Part shown: positions 25,991 to 38,790 of the stretch, piece by piece
Position numbering within the stretch: the stretch's first letter is position 1
Layout of the letters: each line of letters opens with the position of its first letter
Assembly: GCF_009914755.1 (NCBI RefSeq)
Contig: NC_060928.1
From: the human T2T-CHM13v2.0 reference genome, Homo sapiens
Length of the DNA: 64,000 nucleotides
Direction: 5' to 3' (one strand)
Translations under genes and position numbers: made by a program
Notes under the pieces: generated by a model
The model's database searches: none
Seen by the model: only the letters and a program-made list of their open reading frames with translations
Told to the model about the DNA's origin: nothing

Positions 25991-27509
25991 TTTTATGATT
26001 CAAATGGCATCAGAATTGCAGTTAGTGAAGGTCAGGATGGGCTAGGACAAAGAGAGCTATACAAGAGAGGCTTTCTACATCTTCCTTGCCTCCCCTATCT
26101 CCGTTCTAGGCTAATACTAATTTGGAGTTTCACTTGGAGACAGAGTGAAAAAAGCAGGTGATGACTTTTAAAGCTATTTATTTAATTTTCCATTTGTTCT
26201 TTATTTATTTTAAAAACTCTGTTTTCAATACCTAATGGGCTAACTTATTTTACTATAATATGTAGCACAACCAAACGGAAATAAGCCTGGTTTTAAAACA
26301 GTGTTCTGGGAGGGGCATTTCTGGATTCATTTTATCTCCTCTAAGCATCAAAATATTGACTGTACCAGCTAGGTGGGGTATACCCATTAGCAATATCTTA
26401 GAGTTAACTGGGTCTTGTTCTCTATCAGCATGCTTTCTGTGATAACCTTCTCTGACACAATAGGGAAAATTATGCTTTATCTTCATTCTCAGAACAACCC
26501 ACTTGTTTAAGATTCTTTTTTCCTTAAAGTACTTCCCCTCACCTTCAACATGGAAATGTCAAAGCATTTCTAAGGTGCCATCATTAAACACTTGCCAGAG
26601 GCAGTAGCTCAGCTGCAATGCAGCTTCACCAAATCATGTCCCAATAGCATGCAAGTTCCCAACGTATTGAGGCAAGTCTTGCCTGTGAGATGAAACCTTG
26701 ATTGTTTCTCTCTCTTCACGCATAGTGGGGAGGCAAGAATAAACTCCCAGAATTATACATACTTAAAAATGTAGCTTAAAAGATAGAATCGAAGACGAGT
26801 TTTAAAAAATTGAAACTATAGCTATATTTATGCACATTAAACAAGACTTTCTGGTGGCCTTTTAAAATTATAAGTTGTTATATTCTATCTTATTCCACAA
26901 ATAATTTAAGACAATTTATGACAAGCAAATGTAAATTCGATGTGAGAAATACAAGGGATAAAAAATAGAGATCAAATGGGGCTAGGAACATGACTCCTAT
27001 GAAATGCACATTTACAGAGTACATGGTGGGGGCACAAATTTGCTTTTTGCAGTGAATGCAAATAGGAAATTATGTAAGTAGAGAAAAGAAATAGAGGAAA
27101 CTTTTGCGATTAAAACAATGACATCAAATATGTAGACAAAAGAAAATTCTGGGATCACCTGAAAACCTACCATTAGCATAACAAAAGTAAGTATTCGAAA
27201 TTGGAATGATGGAGATTATAGGTCTTTTTCCTGAGGAATTAAACCGACACAAAAAAATCATTTATATATATTGTTCTAAGTAAGACATTTCCCCAAATGA
27301 GATCAAATTAGGCACAGTATTTCCCTAGGCACAATAAACAGGTAATTTTATTCTCATTCTTATATGGCTATCATAATATTGATGTTCACTTAAATATTTG
27401 ATTTAAATGTCAGTGGTATCTGTTTCTGGTATATGAAACTAGTGTTTTTATACTTTAATTTTATGACATAGTCTTTGGCTGTGACAAAAATAGGTAAACG
27501 ATTATTTTG

Positions 27510-29402
27510 TTTTAATCATGGAAAAAACTACATACATGAAATCTATCTGCTTAACAAATTTTAATGTGTACAGCACAATATTGTTAACTACATGTATGTT
27601 GTTGTACAGCAGATCCTAAAACTTTATCATCTTGTATGACTGAAACTATTCCCATTGACAACAGCTCACCACTTCCCCTTTCCCCTAGCCCCTGACAACC
27701 ACCATTCTATGTTCTGCTTTGATGAGTTTGACTACTTTAGAGACTTCAGAGAGTGGAATCATACAATATTGCCCTTCTGTGACTGGCATATTTTACTTAG
27801 CAAAATATCCACAAGGTTCATCCATATTGTAGCACATGACAGGATTCCCTTTTTTTTTTTGTAAGTTCAAATAATATTCCATTGTAGGTATATATCACTT
27901 TTCTTTATCCATTCAATCTAAGTATCCAATGGACACTTAGATTGTTTTCACCTCTTGGCTGTTGTGATGATGCTGATACAAACATGAGGGTGCAAATATC
28001 TTTTCCAGACCCTGTTTTCAATTGTTTTTTGAAAATACAAAGTGAGATTGTTGCATCATATGATAGTTCTTTTTTAAATTTTTTGAGAAACCTCCATACT
28101 GTTTTCCATAGTGGCTGTACCATTTTATATAATTCCCATCAAAAGTGCATAAGGGTTCCAAGTATTCTACGTCTTCACTAACACTTATTACTTTCTGTTT
28201 TGGTTTTTATTTTATTTATTTTTCTTTATTTATTTTAAATATAAGGGCCATTCTAACAGATATGAGATTTTATTTAATTGTGGTTTTGATTTTCATTTAC
28301 CTAATGATTAGTGATGTTGAACATCTTTTTATATACTTGTTAATCATTTATATGTCTTCTTTAGAGAAATGTTTCTTTACCCCTTTGCGCATTTTTAAAC
28401 CAGGTTATTTGTTTTTATGCTATTGAGTTGTAGGAGTGCCTTATATATTTTGGATACAAACCCTTATCAGTTAAAGGTTTGGAAATATTTTCTTCCATTT
28501 CTGTAGGTTGCCCTTTGACTCTGTTGATGGTTCCCTTGGCTGCACAGAAGTTTTTTAATTTGATGTATTCTCACTTGTCTATTTTTTATTTCATTGCCTG
28601 TGTTTTGGTGTCATACAAGAAATCATTTCCAAGATCAACATTTTGAAGTATTTCCCATATGTTTTCTTCTAGGAGATTTATAGTTTTAGATCTTATGTTT
28701 GTCTTTAATCTATCTTGATATATTTTTTGTGTATGATGTAAAATAGGGTCTAATTTCATTCTTTTGCATGTGAATGTCCAGTTTTCCCAGCACTATTTGT
28801 TGAAGAAGCTATTCTTTCCCAGTTGTGTAGCCTTGGCAATCTTGTGAAAGATCATTTGGCCATATATGTATGGGTTTATTTCTCAGCTCTCTTATTTTTT
28901 TCCATTGGTTTATATGTCTGTCATTATTCCAGTACCATACTATTTTGATTACTATTGCTATGTAATATTTTTAAAGCCATGAAGTATGATACCTCTAGAT
29001 TTGTTCTTCTTTCTCAAGGTTGTTTGAACTATTTGGGGTTCTTTATGGTTCCACATGAATTTTAGGATTGTATTTTTATTTCCACAAAAATGTCTTTGGG
29101 ATTTTGATAGGAATTGCATTTAATTTGTACATCTCTTTGGATAAAATGAACATTTTAACAATATTAAGTCTTCCAATCATGAGCATAGAGTATCTTTAGG
29201 TCTTCTTTGATTTCTTTCAGCAATATTTGTAGTTTTCATTATACAGATCATTTGCCTCCTTGGTTAAGTTTATTCCCAAGTATTTTATTATTTCTGATGC
29301 TATTGTAAATGGGACTGTTTTCTTGGTTTCCCTTTTGGATTGTTTGTTGCTGCTGTATAGAAACACAACTGATTTTTGCATGCTGATTTTGTATCCTGAA
29401 AA
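27510..29402 (-). mobile_element. 5'-truncated L1 (L1MA9-L1MB-like)
   Basis: Reverse-complement 3' UTR (cagcacaatattgttaacta...cccctagcccctgacaaccaccattcta). ORF2 remnants [15 protein letters not shown] and SGYKISMQKSVVFLY...IKYLGINLTKE. Confidence 0.92.
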
Positions 29403-29494
29403 CCATGGACGGTATTGTAAATTGATCATAAACTTTTTTTACTAATTATAAAATAATAGAATGTTTTATTGGATGAATGATTTAATTTCCCAGT

Positions 29495-29933
29495 TGTGAT
29501 GCTTAATTTTATATATCAACTTGATTGGGCTAAGGGGTGCCTAGGTAACTGGGTGTGTCTGTGAGGATGTTTCCAGAAGATATTAGCATTTAAATCAGTA
29601 GACTCAGTAAGGAAGATTGTCCTCACCAATGTGGGTGAAGCATCATTCAATCCGTTGAGTTCAAATAGAAAAAAATATGAAGGAAGGGTGATCTTGCTCT
29701 TTGTATATAAGCTAGAACACCCATCTTATCCTGCCTTCAAATATTAACATCCGTATTCTCAGGACTTAGCATTTAGACTATGACTACGTCACTGGCTTTC
29801 CTGGGCCTACAGCTTGCAGATGGCAGATTGTGGGACTTTTCAGCCTCCACGATTGTGTGAACCACTCCCTCATAATAAAATTTTTTCTATATATTCTATG
29901 CGTCCTGTTTCTGGAGAACCCTGACTCTAACAC
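29495..29933 (+). mobile_element. MLT2 (MLT2D-like) ERVL solo LTR
   Basis: tgtgatgcttaatttta..tatcaacttgattgggctaagggg...gcttgcagatggcagattgtgggact...ctggagaaccctgactctaaca. Confidence 0.85.
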
Positions 29934-30391
29934 CAGGCATGCTAGTTACAGATTGACATCAACTTGATTTTTTTTTCATAATAATCCAGATAATAAGAGA
30001 ACATGTTAACAAGAATCAAATCATGCCACAGTGAGTTTTATAATAGCCAGGCCTTTGGGTTAATACTGAAACAGTCACTTCTCTTGAAACAAATTAGTAA
30101 ATGAGATCATCAAAGGAGAGTATAGCTGGAAGGGGAAATACTTAGGACAAACTCTTGAAGTACTCAAACTTTATATAATACAGAAATTTTCTCTTCTACC
30201 TTTCTTTCAGCCTCATCTGTGTTTTCTTTGCAGGTTAAATCTTTATCCAGCCACAAAATGTTGACCTTCCTGAAGGATCAATTTTAAGTCATCTTGTGTT
30301 TTTATTTTATGCTTTTTCCTGGATAGTCTAACCAGTGCCCATGGGCTCATACATCACCTACATACAAATTAAGGGGTTTATGTAACTAGCC

Positions 30392-30590
30392 CAGAGTTTC
30401 TCAGCCTCAGCACTATTGACAGTTTGTTTCTAGAGGGAAGCATAGGGATCTGTGCTGCGTATTACAGGATGTTTAGCAGAATCCTTGATTTCTCCCTACT
30501 AGATGCCAGTAGTAACTTCTGGTTATAACAACTAAAAATGTCTGTAGGTGTTTTCAAATGATTCTTGAGGGGTAAAATCACCACTAATCT
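30392..30590. mobile_element. MER20 (hAT-Charlie)
   Basis: gtttctcagcctcagcactattgaca...caggatgtttagcag.atcct...ctactagatgccagtag...acaactaaaaatgtct. Confidence 0.85.
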
Positions 30591-30796
30591 AGCCTATGGC
30601 TTCTGTTGAGCTTTAGGCCCATATGTATGACTGCCTAATTGACATCTCCTCTTGGGTGTCTTAAGGAATTTCAAATTCGATATACTCAAAGCAAAACTCA
30701 TGATGGAGCTCCTACCCCCAAATCTGGGTCATTACCATTGCTTGTTCCCTCATTGAGATGCACCAGAAACTTAGGGATCATCTTCATTACTCTAGA

Positions 30797-31363
30797 TGTA
30801 TTCATCATCTATTGATATGTAACAAGTCACCAAATTTAGCATCTTAAAATAACTCTCATCTATTATGTCATGGTTTCTGTTGTCAGGATTCTGGGCACAA
30901 CTTAGCTGGTTCTCCTGCTGGTTCTCACGAAGCTGCATTCAGGTGTTGGCAGAGCTGTATTCTCATCTAAGGGATTGAGTGGGGAAGAATCTACTTTAAG
31001 CTTTGGTTGTTAGTAATGTTTGTTACCATGTGTCTGTATGACAAGGCCCTGGCTTTTTGCTGGCTGTTAGATAGAGGTTGTCCTCAGATCCTAGAGGCTG
31101 CCCACAGTTCCCTGCCATACAGATCTCTCCATAAGCAGTTTACAACATGACATTTGCTTCTTTAAGGCCAGCAAAAGTACCTCTTTTTCTGTTTTTCTAA
31201 GACAGAATCTCATATCACATAATGTCATGAAGGGCGTGACATCCCATTACCTTTGCCATATTGTGTTGGTTAGAAGCAAGACAAAGGCCTTACCTGCACT
31301 CAAGGGAAGAGGATTATACAAAGACATGAATCACTGGTTGTCATTTCAGGATGTGTCGGCCAC
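30797..31363 (-). mobile_element. MLT1 (E/F-like) MaLR LTR
   Basis: tctattgatatgtaacaagtcaccaaatttagc.tcttaaaa...gtgacatcccattacctttgccatatt..gttggttagaagcaag...cactcaagggaagaggattatacaaag. Confidence 0.8.
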
Positions 31364-33004
31364 AGTGGAAAATTATTCCATCATGCAACGCCTGTGAATT
31401 TCATCTTATCATATTTATCCATATCCATCAGCTTCTGTCTGTTACCTCCTCAACCTTTATTATGAACTTATCCCCACCTACCATTATTTCTTACTTCAAC
31501 AATAGAAGAATCTTCTTTAATGAGTTTGTCTGTATCTACTCTGGCCATTCTCCATCCTTCAGCCAGGGTTATTTCTTTGAAATGAAAAATATGTTCATTT
31601 CCCACTCTTGTTTAAACTTTTCTGAATCTTTCAAGAGCTCTTAGGAGTGGGATAAAACTCTTTAGCAAAGCTTACAAAGCCTTGCATAATCTGGCCGTTT
31701 CCTCCCCGGTCTCGACCCTTGACTATCTCAGCGCCAGCCATCTCAGCTTCTTTCAGATCCTTGGCTTCCTCTTGCCACAGGGTCTCTTTATTAATGCTTT
31801 TCCTTTCTTACCCCTCAACTTCTTCCAGCTCACTTCTTCAGATAACTTTTTTGATATCTCTGAATATAATCTCTTATTATGCCAAATTCTTCCTCTTAGA
31901 ATTTACAGTAGTTCCAATCTCTCTATCCTCCACTAGACAATAACCTGTATGAACAAAGGGACATGGAGATCTGGTTTAGAATTAGCATGAAACAATTTAA
32001 TTAATTAAGGGCTTTTAATTTTTTAAAAATCTTAGTGAAGGAATGTTTTACCAGAGAGTTAATTCACAAAATTGTACTCATATAAGAGACATGGCTCCTT
32101 TCAGTTGGGTTTTAAATATAAACTGGATCTAAAGTGAAAACAGTACATACATGCACTATTTAGCAGTTATGTACCTCACAATTCCTTTTGGCCGGAAGTC
32201 GGGTCATAGCTTAGATAGGTTCTTGCTCTGGTCTCTCAAGGCTGCAATGAAATACTCAGAAAACTTGAGGTGAGATGGATCTCCATTTTGATTAAGAAGT
32301 AAAGAAAATATATTCATTTGGAAAGTAGCTTGAAAAGCTACATTTTGGCATGGAAAGCAGAAAATTCATTATGTAAGAAGGAACACTTCAAAGTGAAAAT
32401 TAATTCTCTTCCTCAGGACCTCAGCTCTTTCCACTACCCAGTTAAAAGAATCTTTCATGCAAATTTTACTAATACATACTAAATCAAAATTATAAACCTC
32501 TAGAGACTAGAGACAGAGTTAAAGAGTAAATTAAAATATCTAAATAAGTCATCTTCGATGTTTTTTTCTTAACAATTAAGAAGTAAAACCTTTTAAATAT
32601 ACTAATGATTTTTAATGAGTATAGATTTTTTATATCTGTACAACCCTACATTTTCAAATTTATAACATTAAAATCAAATAAGGTATCTCCATTATTTAAT
32701 TGGCACTTTTGTTACTGTGTTATTTCAGTGTGTAAGGTTACTCTGTCTAAGGCATATACTTTGATTCTAATTAAAATTAATAAATAAACATAAATTGACC
32801 TATATGCATAGCAGAACAGATTCACTTTATCTCTCATATTACATTTTACCTTACACACCTTTTAGATCCTGTTCTAACGTTATACACATCATAAGAGCCT
32901 AATATCTATTTCTTGAACAAATACATATGTAAGGTTTTATTTTAGGGTGTTACAACAAATTACGCAACAAATATATTTTGAACTTAAAAAGAAAAATCTC
33001 TTTC

Positions 33005-33200
33005 TAGGGTGTAGTGAATGAGAGCAAGACACCAACTGTGAGACCTTGGGCCAGTTACTTAAATTTTTCAAGCTATTTTTCTTATCTAATACCTAGGGAA
33101 GCCATTATTGAGAGGATAAAATTAGATCATGCACACAAGTGCTTAATAGAATGCCTCCTTCGTGCTAAGCATATTCAAGAAATGTTAACAATTGCTCTTT
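33005..33200 (+). mobile_element. MIR
   Basis: ccaactgtgagaccttgggccagttacttaaa...attgagaggataaaattagatcatgca. Confidence 0.7.
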
Positions 33201-36200
33201 ACTCTTTATAGAAACTCATCATCATTGTTCTGAAATGTGCTCCTCAGTACCAAAACATGCTTGCTTGTTCTGAAATTGCTGGGGACTTACCGGCTAGTAT
33301 TTTAAATCTTAACAGAAACATTTGTTCTTGTGAAAAAAAACATATTGGAGGTTTTTTTTTAAATAATAAATTAGGTTATGAAGGCACAGGAGAACATTGT
33401 AAGAATTTATCTGTGACTTCTTTCTCATAACTGCATTTTTCATCACAACGTTAGTTTATGTAGGTATTGCCAATGAAGAAGCAAAAGAAGAGGATGGGAC
33501 CTTATTAATCTTTCTAGAATATCACTTTCATCATGTAACTCCCCTTTTCTAAAAGCTCCTAATAACTTTCTGTTGTTTAGAGGATAGTGAGCAAAGGCAG
33601 AATTAGAAAGCAAAAGCCCATCCATAATCAGGCTTCTTCCATTCCTTTCAACTAAATAATGTGTATTCCCTTCACACACACTGTCCCAGTAGGACTGGTC
33701 TGTTCTCCATTTCACCGAAACTGCATGACCCTTCTCACCTTTATACTTCTATTTATGTCTTTCTCTTTGCCTGGCCTGACCCCTCTGTTTTGGAATTTAT
33801 CAGGTCTTTATAGCTTCTTATAATTGCTTTTTTTCAACATTGTATGATTGAAAACAAGGGATATTCTATGATGTTGTTATATAAAGAAAAGAATTGATTG
33901 GGAAAGGGTAGTTAAATGGGTCTAGTCTCCTCCGACCTTGATGAAGGGAATGACTGATATTTTCCTGGTTGACAAATGACATGATCTTCACATTAGGATT
34001 ACAAGTGGCAGTAGGTAGATATCACCCCAACTTTTTCCTGTTTGGTCCTGTTTCCTGACTCAGAGTCCCATCCACAATTGGGATGAATGCACTTTGGATG
34101 AACAATTCTTGGGATCTGGCAGATCATTGATTAAGATTATTGATTTCTAGTACAGTTGTAATTTTCCATTTTGTTGTATCAGTGTAGATCAGAAGATACT
34201 AGTTAGATCATTTTCATCTAACAAACACTGAAGGCTTTTCCATCTTTGTATTTAATTCTAATCCTTATAATTCTTCTAACCCTTTTTTGAGCCCATGAGA
34301 CCCTCCTTCCTATATTTTCAACCTCATTCTATTTACCGAATATTTCCTACACATGCTCATGCCTCTTTGTTTGAAAAGAAAAAAAAGGCAAAGTTTTTTC
34401 CTGTGTCTTCCTCTAGCTCTTACTGATCATATTTATGGTTCATGTAGCATTCTCTGTCTACTTTCTTAGTGTTTCATAATGTGGTAGGCATCAGGGAAAG
34501 ATGGCTAGATTCTCCTTTAGTTTGAGGCAGTAATTCTCCAGCTGCCAGGATGATATTGGCTGCTATCGTCCCACTCCCTGTCCCTGAACTTGCTTTTCTT
34601 CTCTTATCTGAAATGCCACATCTGCCCACATTATATTGAAATGCTCATTACTTTCAATGCCTTCAAATTGCTACCAATTTCTAATTCCAAGTATGTGAAT
34701 TCATACCATCTCTTATACAACATTGGGTGAGAAGAGACAAGGATCATTTCTGGGTTTTGGTCTTGAATATCCTACAGTAACTTGAGGTCATTATATCCTA
34801 AATTAAAATCATGTTATTCTCTCCAGATTTCACTCTCCCTCTAATATTTAAATTTCAGTGTATGGCATCACCATCTGCTGCCCAGTATCTCAAGAAAGAG
34901 GCCAATATTTCTACCTTCATATTTTATCTCTTACCAATTTATTTTTCTTTCTGGGACTAACTAAACACTTCTTAAGTCCTGCTACCTTTGCCACCTTGAT
35001 GATCCCAAATGCATTCAGTTCTATTCATCCACTATTTTATTTCAGGCCATTGAACTATCTTGCCTGGATTATTTCTATAGCTTCTTTACTTGCCTTCAAA
35101 ATTTCTCCATGTCAGTCCATTATCTGAAGCAATCTTCCCAAAACTCAATGAAGCAGTGCAATGACTACTAGACCTTCTGTGATATGATAGCAGCTTTCCT
35201 GTCTTCTCTCTTGCTAGATCCTTCAAGCTCCAGATAATCACTTGTATCTCTGCCAGCATCATGTTCTCTTACATCCAGTCCTTTCCATGGTTTTTTTTTC
35301 TCTGCCTCATAGGCTCTCTTCCAATCCTTTCCTGGCAATAAATATGACTTATCTTTTTGTTGTCAGTTTAGTCATGTAAACAGCTTGAAATGCCTTCCTT
35401 GGTTTATTTTTAGAATATACTGCATCATATACAACAGACTATGTTCTTATGTTTTAAACATTGACTAGCATAGTATGGATTTCCAAAGAAAGTACTCAAT
35501 GCTATTGTACGTATGTATTGGATTGTTTATTTTCTCTCAATCTGTACTGATAGTTTAGCTCATTTATGGTAAAGTTAGTTGGCTTTTTAGGTCCTGGTAC
35601 TGTGGTTTAATCAATGCTGAAATACAGTCCTCTGAGTGGCTACCATAATATATATTTTTAATCCTGAAATTTAGCAAGAGTTATTTCAAAAAGCTATCTT
35701 GAAACTGATGTTTTAATTTCTATTTTATTTTCTATGTACATAGGAAGAAGCTGAAGATTCCTTGCTCAGCTCCACTTGCTAACTCACTTTTTAGATACAA
35801 TCCTTTTTTTTTTTCTTGGCAAACAAGTCAGGTGCAAGGAAAAGGTAGTCAGAGAGAGGAATACAGCATATTCTCTCCATACCTAGTAGGTAACACATCA
35901 AATCTGCAAGCTTAAGGAAGGAAACTGAATTACACACAAGCAAACTTAATTAAAAGAGAGAAGATTTTCCATTTTGTAATATGGTACACAATTTTGAAAT
36001 ATTAATCTCTTGTTATAAAAACAGTATTTAAAGATAGTATGAGAAAAATAAATAACATGAGAGATGAAATTGTATAAATTAACACATTGAATTATTTTTT
36101 TCAGACTATAATTACTAATTTTTAAAATGCATGTGAGTTAGCAAAGCTGGTCACACATTCGTCGAAAATATTTCTATTAAGTCCACAAGGGATTTGTACT

Positions 36201-36569
36201 TCCATATGTTTGCTTTGGAATGGGATTACACTAACAGCACAGAAATATTGACAATATATCTGGAACTATGATCATAGTGTTTCAAAATCTGAAATGTCAA
36301 GTGCAGCAGATATATCGTGTTATGCTGATATTTGATATTTCTTTCAAAAATATTATACATTTTATATGTAAGATACAGATACTTCCTGAAATTGTCAAGT
36401 GAAACAATTTTAAGTTACTTTAAAATAATATAGGTACTCTCCTGCTATAATGATATTTTCTGGACAGTATCAAAAAAGTTATGCAGTTATGCTACAAGCC
36501 ATTTTATTTTTTACTTTTTCTTAACTGTAAGGCTTTTCATCTTTTCATCTAAACAGTAATGTCTATTAA

Positions 36570-37350
36570 GTCATTCAATAAATATTGAGTATCTCCTATG
36601 TAACAGACAATGGTCCAAGCAGAAAGATTTACCCACTAACAAAATAAAGTCTTTGCTTTTGTGGAGGTTACTCTGTAGAGGGGAAGGAGACAAGAAGGAA
36701 TCAGTCAATGCATTTTGTGCTAAATTGTAAATGCAATGGAGAAGAGGGGGTATGCTGTCATTATTTCATAATGCCATCAGGCAAAGCTAATTGATATGAC
36801 GATAGTTAGAAAGAGATGAAAGGGAAGTGAAGAAGAAAGCAGAGCTGATCTGGCAGAGAACACACTCCAGGCAGAGTGAAAACATGTGCAAAGACCTTGA
36901 GGTTGATGTGCTTCAAGGAGTCCTAGCATGGATAAGCAAGAGAGCTGGTAGGAAATGAGATCCAAGACCTGAGTGTGGAAGTCAATGATAGTACAGACTA
37001 TGTAGGGCCTCGTATGTCAATATACAAACTTTGGGTTTTATTTAGTATAAGACTGGAATTTTTAGATGGTTTTAAGCAGAGAAAAAATAATAATTTATAT
37101 TTTAAAAGTGTGGCTATGGCTACTGTGTTGAGAGGCAGAGGAAGAAGTAGGAAGATCAATTAAAAGACTAGTTTTATAATCTAGTCCAGATGAGGATGGC
37201 TTGGACCATGAGTGACAGGAGGGTAGAAATAGCAAGAAATGGCCATATTCCAGGCATATTTTGAAAATAGCATGAAATTTCCTAGTGTATTGGATTTTAA
37301 ATGCTAGTAAAAGAAATAAATCAGGCATGCTTTAAAATTTTTGCCTTTAT
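36570..37350. mobile_element. L2
   Basis: tcattcaataaatattgagtatctcctatgt...ccaggcagagtgaaaacatgtgcaaagaccttgagg...ggttttaagcaga...ggatggcttggacca. Confidence 0.75.
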
Positions 37351-37644
37351 ACTTCTGGCATTTATATATTTATAGATAAATTTCTTTATACATTTTGTGT
37401 TAGTGTATAGTGCATAATTTTAAGTGTTTCTTAAAGTGTGAAACAAAGTACTTGTTAACTTTGCCAATTTTCAATATTTTAGCTTGTGGTTCAAAAATGT
37501 GTTTTTCAATTTCACTCCAGGGAACTAGGCACCACCTACAGTTGATATAATTTTCAATTTGCAATTATACTTCTAAATTTCCATCTTTTATTATCTTTTA
37601 AAGTCTGCAGAGAAAAACCTCAAAGATTATTTCAGACTGCAGCA

Positions 37645-38235
<591 letters not shown>

Positions 38236-38574
38236 TCCATCTTAAAATCTCAAGTATTTTATGTATTGTAGATTTTGGCTCTTTTGGAAATAGCTTATTA
38301 CAGCTTAATATTTTTTCTATTTTTTAAATAAGACAAATTAGCATGTAGAAGGATGCAGCATTTTTCTAGGTTCTTTACTAAATGTTGGGAAAAAAACTGT
38401 CAGAAGGGAATGTGATATTAAAAAGTGGGAAGTAGTCCATTATAATCTTTTTGACTTTTTAAAAAAATTTCTTTGCACCATTCTAGCATGTATAACTGGA
38501 AAGCCACAAGTATCTTGCCTTGTTCACTTTTCTGTAGTGTGAAGTAGAGTTAGGATTGCCTTCTGCTATTTTTT

Positions 38575-38790
38575 AATCATTATGTGGCCTTGATCCAGTT
38601 GACTAATCAAGCTAAGCTTCAGTTTCCTCATTTGCAAAATAAGATTAAGTTATTTTCTCATTAATTAGTGAGGAGTAAATGACATACTATAGGTAAATTA
38701 TATAAATCCCATTAAATCCTAGGGTCTGTGCCTGGCACATGGTAAGATTCAATTACATGTTAACTACTGTTATTGTGGTTGTTATTATTT
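38575..38790 (+). mobile_element. MIR
   Basis: tgtggccttga...aagcttcagtttcctcatttgcaaaat...gtgcctggcacatggtaag. Confidence 0.75.

Larger units (their letters stand above)
30330..31940. mobile_element. L2 remnant hosting MER20 and MLT1 insertions
   Basis: actgcctaattgacatctcctcttgggtgtct...caaagcaaaactcatgat...ccagaaacttagggatcatc; resumes after ~31365. Confidence 0.6.
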
